A DNA stretch of 64,000 nucleotides from Gemmatimonadota bacterium (lineage in GTDB: Bacteria > Gemmatimonadota > Gemmatimonadetes > Palauibacterales > Palauibacteraceae): the NCBI GenBank assembly GCA_039588275.1, contig JBDHAC010000027.1, positions 1 to 64,000 on the forward strand. Reading direction: 5' to 3'. Every line of letters begins with the position of its first letter. Within the stretch, counting starts at the first letter, position 1. Below the pieces are notes generated by a model, which saw only the letters and a program-made list of their open reading frames with translations, was not told the DNA's origin and searched no databases. Shown in pieces: positions 17,812 through 27,417 of this stretch. Position numbers and translations under genes: made by a program.

Positions 17812-18953
17812 GTGGCGACTTCGATCGTGAACCGCGGCCTCGAGCAGCGGCTCGCCGCAGAGCTGCGTGGCATGGAGGAGCGGGGGGTTCTCAAGGAGCT
17901 CCTCCACATCATGGGCAGGCAGTCCGCCGTCGTTGATCTGGACGGGTACGGAGAGACGATCAACCTCTGCTCGAACAACTATCTCGGTCTGTGCGACGAG
18001 CCGGCCGTGATGGACGCCGTGAAGGCAGGTACGGACCGGTACGGCGCCGGCACCTCCTCCGTGCGGTTCATCTGTGGCACGTTCGACATCCACCGGGAGC
18101 TGGAAGCCAAGATCGCCGACTTCATGGAAGCGGAGGCGGCGATGACCTACACCTCCTGCTGGAACGCCAACGAGGGGCTCTTCGCGCCGTTGCTGTCTCC
18201 CGAGGATGCGCTTATCAGCGACGAGCTGAACCACGCCTCGATCATCGATGGAATCCGTCTGTGCAAGGCGCAGCGCAAGATCTACAAGCACATGGACATG
18301 GACTCGTTGCGGGAGGCCCTCGAATCCTCGCGAGACGCGCGTCATCGACTCGTGATCACCGACGGTGTGTTCAGCATGGAGGGTGAGATCGCGCCGCTTC
18401 CCGAGATTCGCGAGCTGTGCGATCGGTACGACGCGATCATGGTGATCGACGACTCGCACGCCAGCGGCGTATGACCTCCACGCTCGGGAAGGCGTTGGGC
18501 GGCATGGCCGGGGGCTTCACGGCAAGCAGTCGGTCGGTGATCGAGTACCTCCTGCAGCAGTCGCGCACCCAGCTGTTCACGAACGCGATGCCTCCCCACT
18601 CGTGCTGTGGTGCGCTCGCCGCGATCGAGCACTTGGAGGAGCATCCGCAGATCGTCACCAGGCTGAGGGACAACACGGCATACTTCCGCGAGGGGCTCGA
18701 GGGACTCGGATACAAGCCGATCGAGGGAGAGACGCCGATCATCCCGGTAATCATCGGTGAAACGGCCGCAGCCATCTCGCTCAGCCGACAGCTGCTCGAC
18801 GAAGGAGTGTTCGTGATCGGCTTTGGCTACCCGGTCGTTCCGAAGGGCGAGGCCCGGATCCGGTGTCAGATCTCGGCGGGTCATGAGCGCGAGCATTTGG
18901 ATACGGCGCTCGCCGCTCTGAAGAAGGTGGGCGAGCGACTCGGCGTCATCTAG
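17812..18953 (+). pseudogene. kbl: 2-amino-3-ketobutyrate CoA ligase, split by an internal deletion/frameshift
   Basis: NLCSNNYLGL, SVRFICGT, DELNHASIIDG, TDGVFSM, DDSHASGV then stop; other frame resumes MTSTLGKALGG. About 20 conserved residues are missing. Confidence 0.85.
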
Positions 18954-18969
18954 AAGCTGGAAGGTCCTG

Positions 18970-19272
18970 GAAGGCTGTTGAAGAAGTACGGCGGGCCGCG
19001 CGCAGGGGTCTCGCGTGGTTCAGGCAAGGAACGACGACGAAGGCGTAGCAACGCTACGTCGAGAAGGAGAGACGATGGATCAACCGCGCGACCCCCCTGC
19101 GCCCTTTAGCTGGGCTGACGAGGGCATGTGTGCAGGAGGGTTACGGCGCCACGGCCCCATCTCCGTCGTTGAACCGGCTCGACGTAGCTACGGCTATGCC
19201 TTCGCCGGTTTGCCTTGGATCTGGGACCGTGGCGTCCGTAACGCGGTCCACCGTACTTCTTCAACAGCCTTC
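18970..19272 (+). mobile_element. MITE/REPIN-like palindromic element, copy 1
   Basis: Perfect 22-bp TIR GAAGGCTGTTGAAGAAGTACGG (18970-18991 / 19251-19272), two internal hairpin arms; homologous inverted copy at 46726-47027. Confidence 0.85.
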
Positions 19273-19316
19273 TAATCACTACTCATCGGAGGTCGTCTGT
19301 GCGGGAAGCCAACCCA

Positions 19317-19994
19317 ATGCCCGACGGGATCGTGATCGCCCCGTCCATCCTCGCGGCGGATTACGCGCGTCTGGGCGAGCAGGTGCGAGACGCGGAGGAG
19401 GCGGGTGCGCGCTGGTTCCAGGTCGACGTGATGGACGGGCATTACGTCCCCAACATCACCATCGGGCTCCCGGTGCTCGAATCCTTGCGCGCAGTCACCG
19501 ACGCGTTTCTGGATGTGCACCTCATGATCGCCAACCCGGAGGCGTTCATCGATCCGTTCGCGCAATCGGGAGCCGACCTGATCACGATTCACGAGGAAGC
19601 CTCCACCCACCTGCACGCGGACATTCACCGAATCCGCGACCTCGGCGTAAGCGCCGGCGTGGCGATCAACCCCGCCACGCCCGCCGAGACCCTGTCCGAG
19701 ATCCTGCCGTTCGTGGATCTCGTGCTCGTCATGACGGTGAATCCGGGATTCGGCGGGCAGGCGTTCCTCGAGTCGGCGCTGCCCAAGGTGGCAACGGTGC
19801 GTCGTATGGCCGACGAGCGCGGGGTCTCGGGCCTCCCCGTGCAGGTGGACGGCGGGATCGACGCGCGCACCGCCCCGCTCGCCGCGGCCGCAGGTGCGAG
19901 CGTCTTCGTGGCCGGGTCGTCCGTATTCAGAGGATCCGGAGATGTCGCGGCGAACTACCGCGCCCTGGTGGAGTCGGTCGCGGTTCGGGTCTGA
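19317..19994 (+). CDS. rpe: Ribulose-phosphate 3-epimerase
   Basis: IAPSILAAD, DVMDGHYVPN, DVHLM, MTVNPGFGGQ, VDGG. Confidence 0.95.
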   Translation: MPDGIVIAPSILAADYARLGEQVRDAEEAGARWFQVDVMDGHYVPNITIGLPVLESLRAVTDAFLDVHLMIANPEAFIDPFAQSGADLITIHEEASTHLHADIHRIRDLGVSAGVAINPATPAETLSEILPFVDLVLVMTVNPGFGGQAFLESALPKVATVRRMADERGVSGLPVQVDGGIDARTAPLAAAAGASVFVAGSSVFRGSGDVAANYRALVESVAVRV

Positions 19995-20021
19995 CCCCCG
20001 CCGAGCGGGGTAGAAGACGGC

Positions 20022-20300
20022 ATGCCGACCGCGACCATTTCCATCCCGACGCCGCTACAGGCATGGGTGGACGGAAACGCACGCCTCGCGATCGAGGGCG
20101 AGACGATCGCCGAGGTGTTCGAGCGCCTCTTCGACGACCACTCGGCGCTGAGGCATCTCATGCTCGACGAGACCGGCGCGCTGCGCCGACACGTGAACGT
20201 GTACCTGGACCGGGAGCACGTGCGGGACCCGATGCACGCTCAGCTCCGATTAGAGGAGGATTGCGAGATTCGGATCGTCCCTTCGATGGCCGGTGGGTGA
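20022..20300 (+). CDS. MoaD/ThiS family sulfur carrier
   Basis: IPTPL..., LRRHVNVYL, C-terminal PSMAGG. Confidence 0.9.
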   Translation: MPTATISIPTPLQAWVDGNARLAIEGETIAEVFERLFDDHSALRHLMLDETGALRRHVNVYLDREHVRDPMHAQLRLEEDCEIRIVPSMAGG

Positions 20301-21474
20301 CTCCGCGTCCGGAGATCCGGTGACCGGTGCTCGTTTCACCGACGCCGAGCTCCGCCGGTACAGCCGGCAGCTCTCGATTCCCGAGGTCGGCATGGAGGGA
20401 CAGCGTCGGCTCAAGGAGGCGAGCATCCTACTCATCGGCGCCGGAGGGCTCGGATCCCCCGCCGCGTTGTACCTGGCCGCCGCGGGCGTGGGCCGCCTCG
20501 GACTCGTCGACCACGACATCGTCGACCTGACGAACCTGCACCGCCAGTTGCTGCACGAGACGGCCTGGGTGGGCCGGTCCAAGCTCGCGTCGGCGCGCAC
20601 CCGTCTCGAGGCGCTGAATCCAGAGATCGAAGTGGTCCCGTACGAGGCGCGGCTCGATTCGGCCAACGCGCTGGATATCCTGGACGGCTGGGATCTCGTC
20701 GTGGATGGGAGCGACAACTTCCCGACCCGGTATCTCGTCAACGACGCCTGCGTCCTCTCGGAGGTACCCTTCGTGTACGGCGCGGTGCTGCGTTTCGAAG
20801 GGCAGGCTTCGGTGTTCGGCGTGCGGGGTGAGCCGTGCTATCGGTGCCTGTTCCCCGAGCCTCCGCCCCCCGGGCTCGTTCCGAATTGCGCGGAAGCCGG
20901 TGTCCTCGGCGTCCTTCCCGGCATCGTGGGCGCCATCCAGGCGACGGAAGCGATCAAGCTCGTGTTGGACGAAGGTGACACCCTCGCGGGCCGGCTCCTG
21001 TTGATCGATGGCCTGCGCATGGAGTTCCGCGAGCTGAGCATCCGTCGCGATCCCTCGTGTCCGGTGTGCGGAGATGAGCCGACCCTGACGGAGCTCATCG
21101 ACTACGAGCACTTCTGTGGAGAGGCCGCAGTCGACGAGCGAGAGACACCCTGCCCCGCGATCGCGGTCACCGAGCTCCGGCGGCGCTTCGATGCGGGCGA
21201 GCCCTACCAGCTCGTAGATGTCCGGGAAGAGTACGAGTTGGCGATCTGCAGCCTGGAGGCGGTGGGAGCCCGGCACATCCCGTTCGCGGCCCTGCCAGAC
21301 AGGCTGGACGAGCTGCGGAAGGACGAGCCGTTGATCCTGATGTGTCGCTCGGGAGCCCGGTCGGCGCACGCTGTCGCCTACCTGCGTACGGTCGGGTTCG
21401 ATAACGCCCTGAACCTCGACGGGGGCATCCTGGCCTGGGCCGAGCGTATCGATCCCGACATGCCGACGTACTGA
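20293..21474 (+). CDS. moeB: MoeB/MoeZ E1-like adenylyltransferase with rhodanese domain
   Basis: RYSRQ, GAGGLGS, NLHRQ, CYRC, C..C, C-terminal CRSGARS rhodanese. Confidence 0.92.
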   Translation: MGDSASGDPVTGARFTDAELRRYSRQLSIPEVGMEGQRRLKEASILLIGAGGLGSPAALYLAAAGVGRLGLVDHDIVDLTNLHRQLLHETAWVGRSKLASARTRLEALNPEIEVVPYEARLDSANALDILDGWDLVVDGSDNFPTRYLVNDACVLSEVPFVYGAVLRFEGQASVFGVRGEPCYRCLFPEPPPPGLVPNCAEAGVLGVLPGIVGAIQATEAIKLVLDEGDTLAGRLLLIDGLRMEFRELSIRRDPSCPVCGDEPTLTELIDYEHFCGEAAVDERETPCPAIAVTELRRRFDAGEPYQLVDVREEYELAICSLEAVGARHIPFAALPDRLDELRKDEPLILMCRSGARSAHAVAYLRTVGFDNALNLDGGILAWAERIDPDMPTY

Positions 21475-21484
21475 ACGGATCCTT

Positions 21485-22423
21485 ATGCGAATCGTATCGA
21501 CCCTCGCCAGCGGCACCGAGATCGTCGCCGAGCTCGAGCTGCACGATTGCCTGGTAGGCGTCTCGCACGAGTGCGATTACCCCCCCGAGCTGCAGGACCG
21601 TCCCCGCGTCAGTCGGCTGCGCTTCGACGCGGAGGGGTTGTCCAGCGGCGAGATCGATGAGGCCGTGCGATCGGCGATGGCCGAGCACGGGAGCGTGTAC
21701 GTCGTGGACGGAAGCCTCCTGGAGCGTCTGCGCCCGGACCTGATTCTCGCCCAGGCGATGTGTGAGGTGTGTGCGGTCCCGACGGGCGGAATCGAAGCGG
21801 CGATCGCCGAGCGCGGGCTCGAGGCGCGACTCCTGTCGCTCGACGCTCACACGATCGAGGAGATCCTCACGTCGATCGGCGAGGTGGGGCGGGCTGCGGA
21901 GGTCGAGGAGCGAGCGGTCGACAGCATACAGGCGATCCGGGGCCGGCTGGACGCCGTGCAGGCGGCCGTCACCGGGTCGGCACGGCCTCGCACCCTTGCT
22001 CTCGAATGGCTGGATCCACCATTCGCACCCGGGCACTGGGTTCCAGAGATGATCGAGCTGGCCGGTGGGGAGAACCTGGTCGGAGATGCGGGTCGCGCGT
22101 CACGCGAGGTCGGTTGGGCCGATCTGGCCGAACGGGATCCGGACGTCCTCATCGTGATGCCGTGCGGATACGGGCTCGAAGCCGCGAAACGGGATGCGGA
22201 CGCGCATGCCGAACGCCTGTTGAGCGTGGCCCCGCGGGCGATCGAGGCGGGGCAGGCGTTCGTAGTGAACGCGTCCGCTTACCTGAACCGGTCCGGTCCG
22301 CGCTTCGTCACGGGTGTCGAGCTCCTGGCGGGGCTGCTGCACCCCGATCGCTTCGGCGTCCCCGCTCCGAACACCGCCAGAGTGTGGCGGCCGCCGACTC
22401 GCGGCGCGCCGACGTCGGTGTAG
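21485..22423 (+). CDS. BtuF/iron-siderophore-like substrate-binding protein (no signal peptide)
   Basis: MRIVS...TEIV, VGVSHECDYP, EWLDPPF..GHWVPEM, RSGPR. Confidence 0.8.
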   Translation: MRIVSTLASGTEIVAELELHDCLVGVSHECDYPPELQDRPRVSRLRFDAEGLSSGEIDEAVRSAMAEHGSVYVVDGSLLERLRPDLILAQAMCEVCAVPTGGIEAAIAERGLEARLLSLDAHTIEEILTSIGEVGRAAEVEERAVDSIQAIRGRLDAVQAAVTGSARPRTLALEWLDPPFAPGHWVPEMIELAGGENLVGDAGRASREVGWADLAERDPDVLIVMPCGYGLEAAKRDADAHAERLLSVAPRAIEAGQAFVVNASAYLNRSGPRFVTGVELLAGLLHPDRFGVPAPNTARVWRPPTRGAPTSV

Positions 22424-22471
22424 GCCGCCGGAGCCGCACACGGGCCCCTCGCGCCGGCTCGGGGAGCGGAC

Positions 22472-24130
22472 TCAGACGTCGAACGCGACCTGGAGGACCT
22501 CTTCGACGGCCGGAAGCGCTCGGAGATCCGCGATCACCTCGGACGGCAGCTCATCATCGACCGTGATGACGCCAAGCGCGCGTCCTTCGGCGGCTTTGCG
22601 GCCCAAGTGGTACTCGCCGATGTTGATCCCGGCGGCGCCGAGCATCGTCCCGACCTCGCCGATCACACCGGGCACATCGCGGTTCCGTACCAGCAGCAGC
22701 ACGCCCTCCGGGACGGTATCGACGTGGAAGCCACCGATTCGCACGATGCGCGGGTGGTGTCCCTCGCCGAGCAAAGCGCCCCCAACGATGGTCTCATCGG
22801 CGCCTTCCAGTGCCCGCAGCTCCACGTAATTCGTGTAGTCGGCCATTTCACCGATCCGGACCCGTCCGACGTCGACTCCCCGCTCACCCGCGATCGCGAG
22901 CGCGTTCACGAGATTGAGTGAGATATCCACCGTCGAGGAGAGGAAGCCCTCCAGCGCTGCCGCGGCGAGCGGGCGCAGGATGCTGTCGAGCGGGCCGGCG
23001 TACCCGACGTCCAGACGCTGGCAGCAACCGTCCGTCAGCGCCGCGAGGAGTCGGCCGAGCCGGGTGCCCAGGTCGAGGACCGGCCCCATCCGTCCGCGAT
23101 CGGCCACGCTCACGTGCGGGGCGTTGAGGGCGGCCCCGAAGTCGTCGGACACGAGGGCGTTGAGGATCGCCCGCGCGATCTCGCGTGACACCTCGCGCTG
23201 CGCTTCTTCGGTCGAGGCTCCGAGGTGCGGGGTCATCACCAGATTCGGAGCATCTCGGAGAGGGCTCTCCGCCGGGAGTGGCTCTTCAGCGTATACATCC
23301 AGAGCGGCTGCGCCGAGCTTCCCGGAGCTCAGGGCCTCCACCACGGCCCCTTCGTCCACGAGGCCGCCCCGAGCCGCGTTCACCAGGATGGCATCGTCCT
23401 TCATACGGGCGAGCTCCGCTGTCCCGATCATCCCTCGCGTCGTGTCGTTGAGCGGTACGTGCAGAGTTACGACATCGGCGCGTTCGAGCAGCTCGTCCAG
23501 CTCCACGCGGTCCAGTCCCTGGTCGTTCGCGCGCTCCGCGGTCAGATAGGGATCGAATACGAGGATCTCCATCCCGAACGCGCGGCCGCGCCGGATCACC
23601 TCGGTCCCGATCCGGCCCGCGCCGATGACGCCGAGCGTCTTGCCCTGCAGCTGCGCCCCGCGCAGGCGCTTTCGCTCCCAGAGGCCCTCGCGAACCGTGC
23701 GGTCGCCCTCGGCGATCCGGCGCGCGGCGGCCAGCATCAGCCCGAACGCCAGCTCCGCCGTCGAGATCGTGTTTCCGCCGGGTGCGTTCAGCACGGCGAT
23801 TCCACGACGGGTCGCCGCTTCGAGGTCGATGTTGTCGACCCCGACACCCGCCCGCCCGATCACCTCTAGCGAATCCGCCGCCTCGAGCAACTCGGCGTCC
23901 ACGCGGGTGCGGCTACGCACGATCAGCCCGGCCGCTCCGTGGAGGGCCGCGCGCAGCTCATCGCGGCTGGACTCGCTGTGGTCCTCGACCCGTAGACCCG
24001 GCTCGGCCTCCAACACCGCGAGTCCCTCGGGGACCACGGGGTCCGCCAGTACGAGCCGTTTCAGCCGCGGTTCCCCACCGCTCAGATCTTCCTCTTGGAG
24101 GCGTCGCGCCTCCTGAACTGCCTGGCTCAT
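22472..24130 (-). CDS. serA: D-3-phosphoglycerate dehydrogenase
   Basis: RAGVGVDN, GAGRIG, NAARGG, TPHLGAST, C-terminal ACT domain (DVPGVIG). Confidence 0.95.
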   Translation of the reverse strand: MSQAVQEARRLQEEDLSGGEPRLKRLVLADPVVPEGLAVLEAEPGLRVEDHSESSRDELRAALHGAAGLIVRSRTRVDAELLEAADSLEVIGRAGVGVDNIDLEAATRRGIAVLNAPGGNTISTAELAFGLMLAAARRIAEGDRTVREGLWERKRLRGAQLQGKTLGVIGAGRIGTEVIRRGRAFGMEILVFDPYLTAERANDQGLDRVELDELLERADVVTLHVPLNDTTRGMIGTAELARMKDDAILVNAARGGLVDEGAVVEALSSGKLGAAALDVYAEEPLPAESPLRDAPNLVMTPHLGASTEEAQREVSREIARAILNALVSDDFGAALNAPHVSVADRGRMGPVLDLGTRLGRLLAALTDGCCQRLDVGYAGPLDSILRPLAAAALEGFLSSTVDISLNLVNALAIAGERGVDVGRVRIGEMADYTNYVELRALEGADETIVGGALLGEGHHPRIVRIGGFHVDTVPEGVLLLVRNRDVPGVIGEVGTMLGAAGINIGEYHLGRKAAEGRALGVITVDDELPSEVIADLRALPAVEEVLQVAFDV

Positions 24131-25236
24131 GTCTCCAACACCTCGTCGAGCACGCCCAGGAGCGTCTCCAACTCGTCCATCGTGTGCTCCCCCATGTGCC
24201 CGATTCGAATGACCTGCGGTTTCAGCTTCCCGTATCCGGGTGCGATCGTAAAGCCGCGCTCGCGCGCAGCAGCAGCCACGTCTGGGCCACTCACATCTTC
24301 AGGGAGCAGGATGGGTGTCAGGGCGGGCGAGCGGTACCCCTCCGGGGGGAAGACCGAGAAGCTCCGGCCGCTACGGGCCCCCAGCTCGTTCACCCATTGA
24401 TACGTACGCTCCGCCATCCGGCGGTGACGCCCCCAACGCGCCTCGAGTCCTTCGTCCGCGATGCGGCCCAGTTGCTGCTCGAGCGCGTAGAAGATCGAGA
24501 CGGCGGGCGTATTGGGCGTCTGGTGATGCCCCTGGAGCCGTTTCTCGAACTTCAGAAGATCGAAATAGAACCCCCGGTGCTCCACCTCCTCCGCACGCGC
24601 CAGCGCTCGCTCGGAGGCCGCCGCGAGGGCCAGACCGGGCGGCAGCGCGAGCGCCTTCTGCGAGCCGGTCAAGACGAAGTCCAGCTCCCAATCCCTCGTC
24701 AGGACCGGAGTGGCCGCGAGCGAGGACACGGCATCCACGGCCAGCAGCACGTCGTCGAACTCGTGCACCACCTCCGAGAGCTCGGCCAGCGGGTTCAAGA
24801 CTCCCGTGGAGCTCTCGGAGTGCACGACCGTCACCAGATCGTAGCGGCCCGGCTCCTCCACGAGCGCGTCACGCAGCGCGTCGGGCAGGTTGGGCTCGCC
24901 CCACTCCACCTCGAGCCGATCGGCCGGGCGGCCACACGCCATCGCGATATCGTAGAAGCGCTGGCTGAAGGAGCCGTTCACCAGACAAAGGACACGTCGC
25001 CGCGTCAGGTTGGTGATCGCGGCCTCCATCATCCCGGTGGCGGATGAGGTGCACAGGTAGACGGGTCGATCCGTCACGAACAGCTCCGATAGCTGCTGCC
25101 CCATTCCCTGGAGCAGTGCGCTGATCTCCGCGCTCCGGTGACCGATGATCGGGCGCACCATGGCCTCCAACGTCTCGGGTCGGACTTCCGTCGGCCCCGG
25201 GAGAAAGAAGCGGCCAAAATCTCCTCTATGAGTCAT
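24127..25236 (-). CDS. Class V PLP aminotransferase (serine-pyruvate/alanine-glyoxylate type)
   Basis: LPGPT, HSESSTG, DAVSS, GSQKAL, RIGHMG; coupled to serA. Confidence 0.9.
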   Translation of the reverse strand: MTHRGDFGRFFLPGPTEVRPETLEAMVRPIIGHRSAEISALLQGMGQQLSELFVTDRPVYLCTSSATGMMEAAITNLTRRRVLCLVNGSFSQRFYDIAMACGRPADRLEVEWGEPNLPDALRDALVEEPGRYDLVTVVHSESSTGVLNPLAELSEVVHEFDDVLLAVDAVSSLAATPVLTRDWELDFVLTGSQKALALPPGLALAAASERALARAEEVEHRGFYFDLLKFEKRLQGHHQTPNTPAVSIFYALEQQLGRIADEGLEARWGRHRRMAERTYQWVNELGARSGRSFSVFPPEGYRSPALTPILLPEDVSGPDVAAAARERGFTIAPGYGKLKPQVIRIGHMGEHTMDELETLLGVLDEVLET

Positions 25237-25297
25237 CTCTGCTCCGATTCTGTACGGCGGACGCCCTCACCCGACGCCCGATCGTTCGCTCGTCTCG

Positions 25298-26659
25298 TCA
25301 TCCCTCGCACCCGCGTCGGGCCGCTCGCTGCCAGACGCGCACGCGAGCTTCCCTGCCGGCCCGCAGGTCATTGCGTCGAGCCCGAATCGCATCGCGCACG
25401 CGCCGCGCGTCGGCCGACGCGAGCTCGCAAACCGTCCCGAGACCGGCCGCCTCGAGGGCCTCGGCGTTCGGGGCTCCGATGCCGCGTAACAGACTGAGGC
25501 GAGCGAGGTTGACCCAGCGCGCGGCCGTGGCGGAGTCGATCCCGACACGACCGGCGAGATCGTTCGCTTCGGACCCGGCGATCGCATCCAGCGTCCGCAC
25601 TTCTTCGGCCTGCAGGCGCTCCTTGGAGATCGCCGGGAGCCAGTTGGATCGCGCGAGCCCGGGATGGTACGAATCCACAGTCCAACGGTCCATGCCCTCC
25701 ATGACCAGTCCCGAGAACACGGCGGCCACGGCGACGGCGAACGCCAAACGGAGTCTCCCCCGAGGCCGCGCCCCGCTACGGAATCCCGCCCCCGAAGCCG
25801 CGCGGGACCGCGTCGGCTGCCGCACGTCCCACCCGGCGCGCGCGAGCCGAAGGTGCACCAGAGCGTGGTACATCACAAAGCAATCGAGTGCGAACACGGG
25901 GAAGCCCAGATACCCTAGGACGGGCATCTCGAACAGCTTCGCTTCCTCCAGGCCCGGGACCGTGTAGATCCACCGCGTCCTGGCCACCGTGTTCAGCAGC
26001 TCCCACAGCAGGCCGATCGCGACCCCCGCGCCGAGGAGGCGCACGATGCGAGTCGGCCGGCCGCGGGCCAGATCCGCTACCAGAGACGTGCGCGGATCGC
26101 GTTCGAGGTTGAAGGGCTCCAGAAGGAGCGTCACCGCACCCCATATGAGCGGGAAGAAGAGGACCGGCTTCCAGACTGCGAGGGCGACGAAGGCGGCCCC
26201 GATGAGCTGGAGCGCCCGCGGGTGGGCGGCGGGCCAGCGAAAGGGCGCCCAGCTCCAGTCCCGCGCGAGCCGAAGCCGCTGCATCGCCCGGTAGCCCAGG
26301 AAGATGGCCGGCACCACGGTCCCGAACGCCAGGACCGTTCCGATGCGTCGCACGGCCAGGTCCGGCTCGGCCATGACGTAGTACCAGTTGGCGACCCGCA
26401 GGTTGGCCAGCTCGAAGCACAACCACACGGGAACGGACCACGCCAGGGCGGATATCGCGAAGACCGGCCGCCCCAACCACGGCGTCCGGCCCTCCCGGAG
26501 CCCCAGGATCGCGTCGAGACCCACCAGCGTCGTGTACCATGCGACGTGGTAGTACCAGCCGTCCCAGGGCGGTCGCTTCGCCAGAGCCAGGGCCGTGGAC
26601 GCGGCCAGCGCGAGGGCCGCCGCGACGATCACGAGCGCCAGAATGACCTGCCGTTTCAC
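25298..26659 (-). CDS. Membrane protein with C-terminal HhH (DUF4332-like) domain
   Basis: Multi-TM region with FE..N....NWYY and FEMPVLGYLGF; C-terminal L.LLRGIG...A..L..AG. Confidence 0.7.
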   Translation of the reverse strand: MKRQVILALVIVAAALALAASTALALAKRPPWDGWYYHVAWYTTLVGLDAILGLREGRTPWLGRPVFAISALAWSVPVWLCFELANLRVANWYYVMAEPDLAVRRIGTVLAFGTVVPAIFLGYRAMQRLRLARDWSWAPFRWPAAHPRALQLIGAAFVALAVWKPVLFFPLIWGAVTLLLEPFNLERDPRTSLVADLARGRPTRIVRLLGAGVAIGLLWELLNTVARTRWIYTVPGLEEAKLFEMPVLGYLGFPVFALDCFVMYHALVHLRLARAGWDVRQPTRSRAASGAGFRSGARPRGRLRLAFAVAVAAVFSGLVMEGMDRWTVDSYHPGLARSNWLPAISKERLQAEEVRTLDAIAGSEANDLAGRVGIDSATAARWVNLARLSLLRGIGAPNAEALEAAGLGTVCELASADARRVRDAIRARRNDLRAGREARVRVWQRAARRGCEG

Positions 26660-26749
26660 CGCTTGCCGCCGATCTGTTGACGCGGTCGCTCGCGCGCGAG
26701 ATCTTCCGCCGCGACGGGTACGGTGCGGTCCGAGATCGAGCGAAAGTCG

Positions 26750-27010
26750 ATGCGATACATCACCATTACCGACGTTCTTCCCGAGGACGTGCTCGAGCGG
26801 GCGAAGCGCTTCTTCGCCGAACACTCGCGGTTGCGCGTGACGGAGGAAACACCTTCCTCGATCACGTTCACCGGCGAGATCGGGCTCGCCCGCTTCCGGG
26901 TGGACCGGGAGGGGGGGCACACCAACGTCCACGTCGAAACGGACCGCGTCGTCGGGCTCGACGTAACAGACCTCGCCAAGCGATTCCTGTATACTCTGGG
27001 CCACATCTGA
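26750..27010 (+). CDS. Small hypothetical protein
   Basis: MRYITITDVLPEDVLERAKRFF...; stop overlaps the next ATG. Confidence 0.7.
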   Translation: MRYITITDVLPEDVLERAKRFFAEHSRLRVTEETPSSITFTGEIGLARFRVDREGGHTNVHVETDRVVGLDVTDLAKRFLYTLGHI

Positions 27011-27345
27011 TGATGGAAGAAGCCCACGTCCCCGACCCATCCGAGAGCTCCGGCCACGGCTCCGAAGGCGGCGATACCGTGGTCGTGCGTCTGGTGATGC
27101 CCGACCGCTGGCTGGAGCACGTCGTGGAGCTCCCTCACTCGACCCGCGTGGCCGAGGCGAAGGAAATCGGCCTGCGGGAGATGCTTCTCCGGAGCTCGGA
27201 TGATCCGGCCGACTTCTACACGGAGTACGCCGAGCGGCGTTTGCACGACGAGTCGATCACGCTCCGCGAACTGGGGATCCGGCCTCGGGAGATCCTGTCC
27301 ATCAGGGCCTTCGATCTTGGGCACTACCCGCGCTTCGAGGGATAG
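27010..27345 (+). CDS. Hypothetical protein, probable ubiquitin-like beta-grasp fold
   Basis: Pattern VELPHSTRVAEAK...PADF...RRLHDESITLRELGI....LSI parallels ubiquitin/YukD; 111 aa. Confidence 0.65.
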   Translation: MMEEAHVPDPSESSGHGSEGGDTVVVRLVMPDRWLEHVVELPHSTRVAEAKEIGLREMLLRSSDDPADFYTEYAERRLHDESITLRELGIRPREILSIRAFDLGHYPRFEG

Positions 27346-27417
27346 CCTCGGCGACGAGGCCCGAGGCAGGTCTCTGAGCTCCGCCGATCCGCTGATCGAC
27401 AGGGGCCGACACGCTGA

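Noticed and set aside
18468..18476. Programmed frameshift or TGA recoding in kbl
   Set aside because: A shift would not restore the ~20 missing conserved residues; no slippery or SECIS-like signal seen
18970..19272. CRISPR array, integron attC site or tRNA interpretation of the palindromic element
   Set aside because: No repeat-spacer periodicity or cas genes, no integrase or cassette array, no cloverleaf
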